64,000 nucleotides of DNA from a virus, in UHGV virus genome UHGV-0144373. One strand, 5' to 3'. Numbering within the stretch: position 1 is the first letter of the stretch; every line of letters starts with the position of its first letter. The notes below the pieces were generated by a model. It saw nothing but the letters and a program-made list of their open reading frames with translations. It made no database searches and was not told the DNA's origin. This document shows, piece after piece, positions 26,882 to 34,289 of the stretch. Made by a program: the position numbers and the translations under genes.

Positions 26882-27667
26882 ATGGGTATTGTAAAAATAA
26901 TCAATGGTGATATCTTTGCCGCATTTGATAAAGGTAAGTTTGACATCATCGGTCACGGTTGCAACTGTATGAATTTAATGGGTGCAGGTATTGCAGCAAC
27001 TATTTCTAAGCGTTATCCAAAAGTGTATGATACTGACACAGAAGTTTACCTGTTTGCAGGCGGCATCCGTCACAAACCCTGTGAAAATTTACTGGGTAAT
27101 TTCTCCGTAGCACGTTTAAAACAAGGCCGTATAGCTAACCTTTACACCCAACTTCATACTGGTAAAGATGCCCGATACAGTGCTTTAGAGTCATCTTTGA
27201 AACAGCTTAACAGATACTGTGAAGTTAACCAGTTGAAGAAAGTTGGTCTACCTATGATTGGTGCAGGTATTGGTGGACTCGACCCTCAAGCCGCCACAGT
27301 TATCATTAATCAGGTGATGAAAAGTGTAGATGTTTATCTGTATGTCTACGAAGGAGAGATGTACCACAAGTTACTCTCAGGTTGGAAGAACTACTGTGAA
27401 CCAGAATACTTTGCAGGTGTAGTAACGTTCACAGATAATACAGTTACCCTCTTCAGACGAAGAAAAGGTAAGATACATCAAAGTAACCCTCCGGTTGAAA
27501 AGATGTCTCTAAGTAACGCTCTAGTTACCCACCTGTCGAAGAGCAATCACAGAATTGCTGTGACATTTGGTAGTGATGCCGATGCTTACATTTATGCAAG
27601 AACTGATGAGGATATCGAGGCAATCTTCTCTTCACCAGAAGTTACCTTCTTAGACGCAAAGAACTAA
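26882..27667 (+). CDS. macrodomain protein (TARG1/OARD1-like), possible ADP-ribose hydrolase
   Basis: GDIFAAFDKGKFDIIGHGCNCMNLMGAGIA and VGLPMIGAGIGGLDP match the macrodomain signature pattern; about 110-aa C-terminal extension. Confidence 0.55.
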   Translation: MGIVKIINGDIFAAFDKGKFDIIGHGCNCMNLMGAGIAATISKRYPKVYDTDTEVYLFAGGIRHKPCENLLGNFSVARLKQGRIANLYTQLHTGKDARYSALESSLKQLNRYCEVNQLKKVGLPMIGAGIGGLDPQAATVIINQVMKSVDVYLYVYEGEMYHKLLSGWKNYCEPEYFAGVVTFTDNTVTLFRRRKGKIHQSNPPVEKMSLSNALVTHLSKSNHRIAVTFGSDADAYIYARTDEDIEAIFSSPEVTFLDAKN

Positions 27668-27730
27668 GAAACTCTGTAGGATATTCACAATAGGCTAAGC
27701 CTTTCTTATCTGGTAAATTTTTCAGGTAAG

Positions 27731-27920
27731 GAGGGCTTTTTCATTTCAGATTTGTGCAGGTAGAGTTCTGTAGAGGAATCTATAGAGAAAATTTTGAACT
27801 CCAAAGAGCTTTTTCATTTTCAAACTGTGCAGGTAATCTCCAAAGAGCTTTTTCATTTTCAAAACGTGCAGAGAAAAATCAGGTCGGGCAAGAAAAATCA
27901 TTTTAGAATTGTGCAGGTAG
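27731..27920 (+). repeat. four direct repeats (about 33 bp; iteron-like)
   Basis: 27731-27763, 27803-27836, 27841-27873, 27888-27920 share (AAAGAGC)TTTTTCATTTTCAAA-N-GTGCAGGTA; AT-rich stretch follows. Confidence 0.6.
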
Positions 27921-28094
27921 GTGGGTGTAGGTGGGGATGTCGCCATTTCTCACAAGGCTACCACATCCGAAAAGAAAAGTCAACAGAAAAATTTGTAGCG
28001 GATTGAAAAATAATTCTTGATTTGTTTTCTGTTTTGTGGTATTCGCGTGCGCCCGTTTCATTACATTTTGCCAAAAATATTTTTAAAATTTTTC

Positions 28095-28123
28095 TTGACT
28101 CCTCGAACGGGTTTTTATAGTAT
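28095..28123 (+). promoter_or_regulatory. sigma70-like promoter
   Basis: TTGACT, 17-nt spacer, TAGTAT. Confidence 0.4.
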
Positions 28124-28171
28124 TTGCATCAGACGGGGCGACAAGCTCCCTTCCTAAAATGGAAAGTCTAG

Positions 28172-28259
28172 AAAGTACTTTACAAGGGGCTTAAAAGTTG
28201 TTACCTTAAGCCCCAGATAAAGAGCTTTACCAACAACCTTAAACTAGGAGAATATGAAA
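28172..28259 (+). promoter_or_regulatory. class-A cassette element (copy 1)
   Basis: AAAGTACTTTACAA, hairpin GGGGCTTAA-N-TTAAGCCCC, AGATAAAGAGCTTTACC, then SD GGAGA and ATG. Confidence 0.6.
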
Positions 28260-28643
28260 ATGGCATATCGTGCACCTAAATTCATCAATAAAGATAATTT
28301 CCGCAATGCACTGGAAAAATCACTTGATGAGAATTTTACAGGTCAGATTATTGTTGTTCACGCATTCAATTTTAAGTATGATATTAACGGGAATAAAATC
28401 AATCATTACACGGCAACAATGTTAGATGGCACGCTTTCAAGTGAAAAAGCCGTACTAAATGCGCTTGCAGGACGTGGTAAAAACCTGATAAGATGCGATA
28501 AGAGACGTTATCAGGGCGGCGCATATGGTTATGATGATACTGTTTATCATCTTGAAAACATGGGCTATCAAGTAGAAAAAGCTGGAGTGTCGCAGATTAT
28601 TGGTCGTGATGGTTATGTAACTATCTTCAAAATTAACAAATAA
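28260..28643 (+). CDS. hypothetical small protein (cassette gene a)
   Basis: ATG28260 aligned with the conserved SD-ATG context. Confidence 0.45.
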   Translation: MAYRAPKFINKDNFRNALEKSLDENFTGQIIVVHAFNFKYDINGNKINHYTATMLDGTLSSEKAVLNALAGRGKNLIRCDKRRYQGGAYGYDDTVYHLENMGYQVEKAGVSQIIGRDGYVTIFKINK

Positions 28644-28730
28644 AGTACTTTACAAGGGGCTTATAGTTCGATAAAGTAAGCCCCAGATAAAGAGCTTTAC
28701 CACTAAATCCTAAATTGGAGAATCTGAAAA
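28644..28730 (+). promoter_or_regulatory. class-A cassette element (copy 2)
   Basis: Same element; palindrome TAAAGTACTTTA includes the upstream stop codon. Confidence 0.6.
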
Positions 28731-28988
28731 ATGGCTATTATTAAAAACGTTGTAATTACTGCAAAAACTCGTGATGACGCTCGCGTTATGGCTAAAAAGT
28801 TATGTGGGAAAGTGGTTGACAACGGGAAAAAATCTGCTGTAAGATGGGGCGTCAAGGTTGATAAACATTTAACCTTAAGACGCAGTTCAAACAACCTTTT
28901 TAAAGGTGTAAAATCACTCGGTAAAGTGAACGTTTTTACCAAAAAAGGCTATAAAATGCACTTATCATTAACTGGCAATTTAATCTGA
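28731..28988 (+). CDS. hypothetical small protein (cassette gene b)
   Basis: ORF after class-A element. Confidence 0.45.
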   Translation: MAIIKNVVITAKTRDDARVMAKKLCGKVVDNGKKSAVRWGVKVDKHLTLRRSSNNLFKGVKSLGKVNVFTKKGYKMHLSLTGNLI

Positions 28989-29076
28989 TAAAGTACTTTA
29001 CAAGGGGCTTAAAAGTTGTTACCTTAAGCCCCAGATAAAGAGCTTTACCACTAAATCCTAAATTGGAGATTCTAAA
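28989..29076 (+). promoter_or_regulatory. class-A cassette element (copy 3)
   Basis: Same element. Confidence 0.6.
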
Positions 29077-29589
29077 ATGAAAACTGTAGACGCTACCTTT
29101 GAAGTTGTAAAAGAAAAATTTTCAATTATCTATGAAGCGGTGAATTGCTACGAACCAAGCCATAATCTTGATGATTGGAAGTTTACAGATGACCATCAAG
29201 GCGGTGTGACTATTAAAAACCCCAACTATCGTCATAATGCCTTTAAATATGCAATCCCTTTAAATTATAGCCTTAAGCAGCTTTCTAGTGACTATGCAAA
29301 GCAAGGCCGGGAAAATCCATCCCGTGAGGCTTACATCAGCTTACAAAGAGAACTGGAAAGGGATTTAGAGGCTTCAGAATACAACCTTGCTGCAAAAGTT
29401 ATTGATGCAAATGGTCAAACAATTTTAGACAGTTTTTATATTGGTTACGCTTTCGATTGGTGCTATAGCGACGGCGTCGATTTAGAGGATAGACTAAAAG
29501 AGGAAGTGAGCAATTCAGGCGCAGAATCTGAAGTTATGGAACAACTAGAAGCCTTAAAAGATTCAGTGATGAATATCTTTAAGAACTAA
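29077..29589 (+). CDS. hypothetical protein (cassette gene c)
   Basis: 170 aa. Confidence 0.45.
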   Translation: MKTVDATFEVVKEKFSIIYEAVNCYEPSHNLDDWKFTDDHQGGVTIKNPNYRHNAFKYAIPLNYSLKQLSSDYAKQGRENPSREAYISLQRELERDLEASEYNLAAKVIDANGQTILDSFYIGYAFDWCYSDGVDLEDRLKEEVSNSGAESEVMEQLEALKDSVMNIFKN

Positions 29590-29681
29590 ATAGATTTCTT
29601 TACACGGGGTTATCAAGCTGATAAGATAGCCCCAGATAAAGAGCTTTATTTAAATCAACCCTTAAACTAGGAGATTCTAAA
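29590..29681 (+). promoter_or_regulatory. class-A cassette element (variant copy 4)
   Basis: Variant hairpin GGGGTTATC...GATAGCCCC, then AGATAAAGAGCTTTA and class-B-like CTTAAACTAGGAGATTCTAAA. Confidence 0.5.
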
Positions 29682-29978
29682 ATGAAATTATCAAATAAAG
29701 TTAGGGAAAATCTAAGCAAGTTACTCAACAAAATCGATTTTATCGAGACCTCAAGAAATACTCATGAGGTTATGGAATGGTTACACGGGAAAATAAATGG
29801 CCGCCGTGTAGTGATTTGTTTATGGAATAGTTGCAGGGAGTATAAAAAACCTGTATTACAAATTAATGTTTATGATGATACTTTTAAAAGTCCAGTAAAG
29901 TCTAAAAGCGATTTATTAGAATCTTATGAGATATCTGTAAATGGTAAAATCTCACAAAAAGAGGCAATACCATGCTGA
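29682..29978 (+). CDS. hypothetical small protein (cassette gene d)
   Basis: ORF. Confidence 0.45.
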   Translation: MKLSNKVRENLSKLLNKIDFIETSRNTHEVMEWLHGKINGRRVVICLWNSCREYKKPVLQINVYDDTFKSPVKSKSDLLESYEISVNGKISQKEAIPC

Positions 29979-30304
29979 TGACTGGTGTCACCGCAATTAT
30001 AGCCATTTTCGCGCTCTATAAGGCATATAAAGCCTATAATCTGGCAAGTAAGGCAATCACGCAGCAGGTTAGTAATAGCCTTGTAGAGAGCTTTCTAGAG
30101 CGTTTAAACGATGAACAAATAAAACGGTTAGAAATGAGCTTCAGATTTCAATCAAAAACTTATCAAATCAGCGACATTTTCAAAGATGATTTTCAGCTTG
30201 TCGATGATTATAACTCTCTGATAAATGCTTTAAATATCAGTGACTTAAAAGACTACTACGCTGTAATTGTCCAAGAAATGAGCAAACGAAAACAAAATGC
30301 TTGA
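29972..30304 (+). CDS. hypothetical small membrane protein (cassette gene e)
   Basis: N-terminal TM helix; AAAGAGG SD; no private element. Confidence 0.4.
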   Translation: MLMTGVTAIIAIFALYKAYKAYNLASKAITQQVSNSLVESFLERLNDEQIKRLEMSFRFQSKTYQISDIFKDDFQLVDDYNSLINALNISDLKDYYAVIVQEMSKRKQNA

Positions 30305-30393
30305 CACTGGTTTTTAGATAAATTAAATTACACATCAACGGGGAGGAAATGACCCCCCCACTAAATAAAACCCTTAAACTAGGAGATTCAAAA
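30301..30393 (+). promoter_or_regulatory. class-B cassette element (copy 1): promoter plus 5' stem-loop plus conserved SD
   Basis: TTGACA-17-TAAATT, hairpin GGGGAGG-AAATGA-CCCCCCC, leader ACTAAATAAAACCCTTAAACTAGGAGATTCAAAA. Confidence 0.55.
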
Positions 30394-30666
30394 ATGTATG
30401 CTACTAACAATGGTCGTACTCTAAATGTCACTCTGCGTCACTATGTAGACGGTGTGATGCACTTTGAGGATTTACGGGCTGAACAATATATCTTAGATTG
30501 GCAAGTCGCAGGACTCCAAAAAACTGTTACGGGATACGGTAAAAAGATTCCAACCAGTTGGAAAGTTCACTACAAAGGACGTTTGCGCAGAATTTATCAG
30601 GATGTTTGTAGCAATAGCGCATCAAGTTACATCATGGTAAAAGGTAAAAAGCTGCATTTAGTTTAA
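30394..30666 (+). CDS. hypothetical small protein (cassette gene f)
   Basis: ATG30394 after conserved SD; upstream in-frame ATG30349 lies in the hairpin loop and is not taken as the start. Confidence 0.45.
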   Translation: MYATNNGRTLNVTLRHYVDGVMHFEDLRAEQYILDWQVAGLQKTVTGYGKKIPTSWKVHYKGRLRRIYQDVCSNSASSYIMVKGKKLHLV

Positions 30667-30751
30667 AGTACTTTACAAGGGGCTTAAAAGTTGTTACCTT
30701 AAGCCCCAGATAAAGAGCTTTACCACTAAATCCTAAATTGGAGATTCAAAA
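30667..30751 (+). promoter_or_regulatory. class-A cassette element (copy 5)
   Basis: Same as copy 1. Confidence 0.6.
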
Positions 30752-31156
30752 ATGGCTATTAATAATCGTGAATTATCAATCTTAAAAGCACGTTTGACCA
30801 TTAATAGAATTAATGTTATGACATCAGCAGCGCCAGATGAAACCTTATATAATATTATTGGAAAGATTCAAAGTGTTATCTTAGACGTTGAAAACGTGAA
30901 AAACTCATTAACTGACGTTGCAGCAGGTATCACGCTAGACGGTGCACAATACGAAATGGCTGACATGTTGGGCAAATCTAAGGTAATGAATAAAGAGCTG
31001 GATTTAAAAATTTTTAGGTTCGCCGTGAAAGTATGGCTATCCGTCGAGTATGATGCTAATTATGCAATCGCTGACTTTTTCGCCACTTGGTTACAACGTA
31101 ATTTGACAAATCACGATTTTCGTGGTATCTGCGATGCAATTTATGCAGAACTCTAA
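30752..31156 (+). CDS. hypothetical protein (cassette gene g)
   Basis: 134 aa. Confidence 0.45.
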   Translation: MAINNRELSILKARLTINRINVMTSAAPDETLYNIIGKIQSVILDVENVKNSLTDVAAGITLDGAQYEMADMLGKSKVMNKELDLKIFRFAVKVWLSVEYDANYAIADFFATWLQRNLTNHDFRGICDAIYAEL

Positions 31157-31165
31157 AAAATTTTC

Positions 31166-31258
31166 TTGACGCTGGTTTTTAGATAGATTAAATTACACAT
31201 CAACGGGGAGGGTATGACCTCCCCACTAAATAAAACCCTTAAACTAGGAGATTCTAAA
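31166..31258 (+). promoter_or_regulatory. class-B cassette element (copy 2)
   Basis: TTGACG-17-TAAATT; perfect hairpin GGGGAGG-GTATGA-CCTCCCC. Confidence 0.55.
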
Positions 31259-31462
31259 ATGGCTATTATTAACGGTTTAAACATTGAAACCACACACATC
31301 AAAGATATTAAAGTCGGTGATACAGTTCTCTTTCACGGCGTAGAAAAAACCGTCACTGCAAAGGATATAAAAGAGGATTCTTTCATGGGTAGGACTCTTT
31401 TCGGTGATTCTTATTGCTTAGGTTACCTTGCAGTTTTAAAAGTTGTCAAAAATAACAAATAA
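31259..31462 (+). CDS. hypothetical small protein (cassette gene h)
   Basis: ATG31259 after conserved SD. Confidence 0.45.
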   Translation: MAIINGLNIETTHIKDIKVGDTVLFHGVEKTVTAKDIKEDSFMGRTLFGDSYCLGYLAVLKVVKNNK

Positions 31463-31547
31463 AGTACTTTACAAGGGGCTTATAGTTCGATAAAGTAAGC
31501 CCCAGATAAAGAGCTTTACCACTAAATCCTAAACTGGAGATTCTAAA
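31463..31547 (+). promoter_or_regulatory. class-A cassette element (copy 6)
   Basis: Same as copy 2. Confidence 0.6.
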
Positions 31548-32090
31548 ATGAAATGCTTTCACGGTACTACTCAAGAAAATTTCCTCAACCTGATTAATAA
31601 CGGTGATAAACCATCAGGTGCATGGAATTGTTCGGATATGGACGGCAATTTTTACGTGTACCCAGAGAATAAAATCTATGGCGACGATGAGGAAGAGATA
31701 ATCTCTGAAGGTATCCAACAAGCTATGGGAAATGCCGCTATCACCGCAGCTTTCCAGATGAAAACTCAAAACATTGTTATCTTGGAACTTGATATTCCAG
31801 AGGATGAGTTGAATGATGATTTCTCTTGCGATAATATGTCGAGCGTGGCAAGTTTTACAGAATACTTCGATTTGAATTGGATTAAAAAGGTTTACGTAAC
31901 CGAGTTTAATGCGATGTTTTCGCCTTTTTGTCTTCCTTCATTGGATAACCCAAATTTGAACTATCTTGATGAGTCTCTGGAGCTTCTTGCGAAAAGCGTT
32001 CAACAGGCGGACAGTATTCAGGTTTTTTGTGACATCATGGACACACTAACGGGAAACATCGCAGAGGGAGATTTAAAGAGCTTTTTCTGA
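31548..32090 (+). CDS. hypothetical protein (cassette gene i)
   Basis: 180 aa. Confidence 0.45.
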   Translation: MKCFHGTTQENFLNLINNGDKPSGAWNCSDMDGNFYVYPENKIYGDDEEEIISEGIQQAMGNAAITAAFQMKTQNIVILELDIPEDELNDDFSCDNMSSVASFTEYFDLNWIKKVYVTEFNAMFSPFCLPSLDNPNLNYLDESLELLAKSVQQADSIQVFCDIMDTLTGNIAEGDLKSFF

Positions 32091-32156
32091 AAACCTATGC
32101 AATCACCTTATAAACACTAATCAGCCCCTTGTAGGGGCTTTTAGGGGGCTTAAATC

Positions 32157-32390
32157 ATGCTTATAACCGTTTATCTCATCCTTTCTATTTGTAATGGCCA
32201 TTCATGCGACTTTAAAGGGCTTGAAGCGTTTACAGGAAGTAAAGAAAACGCTATTCAGGTTTGTCAGATAGCAAGACAAGACTACCCCGCCAGTGATGAT
32301 ATTCAATGCTACTTTAAAACAGAAGATGACGATGTAATCTATTTTGACAGCGTTGACGGTCAATATGAAATTATCATAGAAAAAGACTAG
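32157..32390 (+). CDS. hypothetical small protein (cassette gene j)
   Basis: ORF after hairpin AGCCCCTTGTAGGGGCT. Confidence 0.4.
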   Translation: MLITVYLILSICNGHSCDFKGLEAFTGSKENAIQVCQIARQDYPASDDIQCYFKTEDDDVIYFDSVDGQYEIIIEKD

Positions 32391-32480
32391 ACAAGCATGA
32401 TAAAAATCTGTAAATTACTAATTAACGGGGAGGAAATGACCCCCCCACTAAATAAAACCCTTAAACTAGGAGATTCAAAA
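32388..32480 (+). promoter_or_regulatory. class-B cassette element (copy 3)
   Basis: TAGACA-17-TAAATT; hairpin GGGGAGG-AAATGA-CCCCCCC. Confidence 0.5.
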
Positions 32481-32822
32481 ATGGCTTATGTAACCGTAAT
32501 TACCGATAAAGCTGGTTCATCTTGGTCAACTCAAGTAAGTGATAAGATGACACCTATGCAGTGCCTAAAATACTTTGAGCAATGGAATAAAGGCGAGGAA
32601 ACAAGCCCCTTTCAAGTGATGCAGATTATTCATGTAGACAATGAAGGGAATAAAACGGTTTTAAGTAGTGAGTACTACGCAAACCGCTTCGAAACGAGAA
32701 GTAAAGCAATGAAGCTTCTACGTGAATCCGGTTACTCCCATATCGCCGCACTAATCTGGGATGACCTGCTAAAAAACCAACGTATCAGCTATGTAAAACC
32801 TGAAAAAATATTCATCAGTTAA
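32481..32822 (+). CDS. hypothetical protein (cassette gene k)
   Basis: ATG32481 after conserved SD. Confidence 0.45.
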   Translation: MAYVTVITDKAGSSWSTQVSDKMTPMQCLKYFEQWNKGEETSPFQVMQIIHVDNEGNKTVLSSEYYANRFETRSKAMKLLRESGYSHIAALIWDDLLKNQRISYVKPEKIFIS

Positions 32823-32956
32823 TCAATAACTTACAAAAAACTTCTAAAAAAGTGTTGACAATACCCCTTGACATTGGTAATGTTGTTCGAGGGGGTTTAT
32901 CTAAAAGGGATTAACTTAAAAGATTCTTTATAGATAAGCTTAAAAAAAAAAATTGC

Positions 32957-33047
32957 TTGCAATCAGATATCAAAACAAGTAAATTACTAATCAACGGGAG
33001 GGATGACCTCCCCACTAAATAAAATCCTTAAACTAGGAGATTCAAAG
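32957..33047 (+). promoter_or_regulatory. class-B cassette element (copy 4)
   Basis: TTGCAA-17-TAAATT; hairpin GGGAGG-GATGA-CCTCCCC. Confidence 0.5.
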
Positions 33048-33578
33048 ATGAACAAGTTCAAAGCTATCAATTACATTCGTTCAAATGCTGTAATGTCTAA
33101 ACCTGTTAAAGATACCTATGAATTTCGCTGCAATGGTGTACACTTTGCAACCATCACTAAATCAGAAAAAGGGGCTTATTACGTTCATCGTCGTAATGTT
33201 GCAACCGTTGTAGTCTCTCATTTTATGCAAGCTATAGCGGAGTTATTACCGCTATTCTTAGAAATTTACTTAGATGAGTGTAAAAACGTTCACAAACACG
33301 TTAAAAGCCTTTTAAACAGTTATAAAATGGCTTACGAGCGTTCTATCAAGTTTTTAAACAAGTTCTATAAAGCCCCTGTAAATACTGTTTCAATGGCTTA
33401 CAATGTAAGCGGTGAGTTGGTTAGTCTCTTCGAAGTGGAAGAAATCGAACTATATAACTCACGTCCTGATGGTTACGCTAAGACACTGGGGGAAGGCTTA
33501 TCTTTCAATATCAAGAACTTAGAAAAAACTCTAAAAGATATTGAAAAAGATATTGACGAGACAATCAAAAATCTGTAA
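33048..33578 (+). CDS. hypothetical protein (cassette gene l)
   Basis: ATG33048 after conserved SD. Confidence 0.45.
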   Translation: MNKFKAINYIRSNAVMSKPVKDTYEFRCNGVHFATITKSEKGAYYVHRRNVATVVVSHFMQAIAELLPLFLEIYLDECKNVHKHVKSLLNSYKMAYERSIKFLNKFYKAPVNTVSMAYNVSGELVSLFEVEEIELYNSRPDGYAKTLGEGLSFNIKNLEKTLKDIEKDIDETIKNL

Positions 33579-33643
33579 ATTGTCAATCAACGGGGAGGCG
33601 ATAACCTCCCCACTAAATAAAGTCCTAAACTGGAGTTATCAAG
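33553..33643 (+). promoter_or_regulatory. class-B cassette element (copy 5)
   Basis: TTGACG-17-TAAATT; hairpin GGGGAGG-CGATAA-CCTCCCC (no ATG in loop). Confidence 0.5.
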
Positions 33644-33907
33644 ATGGAAAACGTAGAATTAACCACACTTTTACAAATTGCAACCGACAAAGAAAACGTA
33701 GCTTTATTTCACCGCATCGAAAGTGATTTGTTCAATGGTGAAATCATCAAAGAGTCTTACGAGGTTGTTGGATTCAAAGATGGTAAAACATTTGGATTCT
33801 TTGACCTCGAAAAAGGCAACGCTGTTACAAAATATGATGTTTTATCTTGTGAGATTCTTACAAAATACAACGAAAAAAGGCTTGCAACATACGCCAATAT
33901 GCAGTAA
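33644..33907 (+). CDS. hypothetical small protein (cassette gene m)
   Basis: ORF. Confidence 0.45.
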   Translation: MENVELTTLLQIATDKENVALFHRIESDLFNGEIIKESYEVVGFKDGKTFGFFDLEKGNAVTKYDVLSCEILTKYNEKRLATYANMQ

Positions 33908-33972
33908 ATTACTAATCAACGGGAGGGATGACCTCCCCACTAAATAAAATCCTTAAACTAGGAGATTCAAAA
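33883..33972 (+). promoter_or_regulatory. class-B cassette element (copy 6)
   Basis: TTGCAA-17-TAAATT; hairpin GGGAGG-GATGA-CCTCCCC. Confidence 0.5.
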
Positions 33973-34221
33973 ATGGCAACTATCCGCGCTACTGTTAACG
34001 AGTTCGGTTTTTCCTCTCTGGATGTTAAATTTGACATTGCAGGCACTGATAACGCCTTTGAAATGGTGAAAGGTCTTATCAGTCAGACCATCAAAGATTA
34101 TAATCCTTCGGATGAGTTCTGGGAGGAAACAAAACAAGAAGTTCTCAAGGATGGTTATACTTATCACTATTGGGGCGATTTAATTGTTTCCCTGTACTAC
34201 GATAAACAAGGTTACAACTAA
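33973..34221 (+). CDS. hypothetical small protein (cassette gene n)
   Basis: ATG33973 after conserved SD. Confidence 0.45.
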   Translation: MATIRATVNEFGFSSLDVKFDIAGTDNAFEMVKGLISQTIKDYNPSDEFWEETKQEVLKDGYTYHYWGDLIVSLYYDKQGYN

Positions 34222-34261
34222 TCAACGCAGCGGGGCTAAACAGCCCCAGATACCTTTATAC

Positions 34262-34284
34262 AGCCCCTCATAGGGGCTTTTTTA
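34262..34284 (+). terminator. rho-independent terminator
   Basis: AGCCCCT-CAT-AGGGGCT then TTTTTT; preceded by a second hairpin GGGGCT-AAAC-AGCCCC (34232-34247). Confidence 0.55.
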
Positions 34285-34289
34285 CGTCT

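Noticed and set aside
30349-30393. Upstream in-frame ATG giving the N-terminal extension MTPPLNKTLKLGDSK on cassette genes f, h, k, l and n
   Set aside because: The ATG lies in the loop of the conserved 5' hairpin, is absent from one copy (33590), and a canonical SD plus ATG follows 45 nt downstream; the downstream ATG was taken as the start.
33541-33947. ORFs 33541-33726 and 33723-33947 from the six-frame track
   Set aside because: They run through class-B cassette elements and overlap cassette genes l and m out of frame; the in-frame genes with conserved SD-ATG context were preferred.
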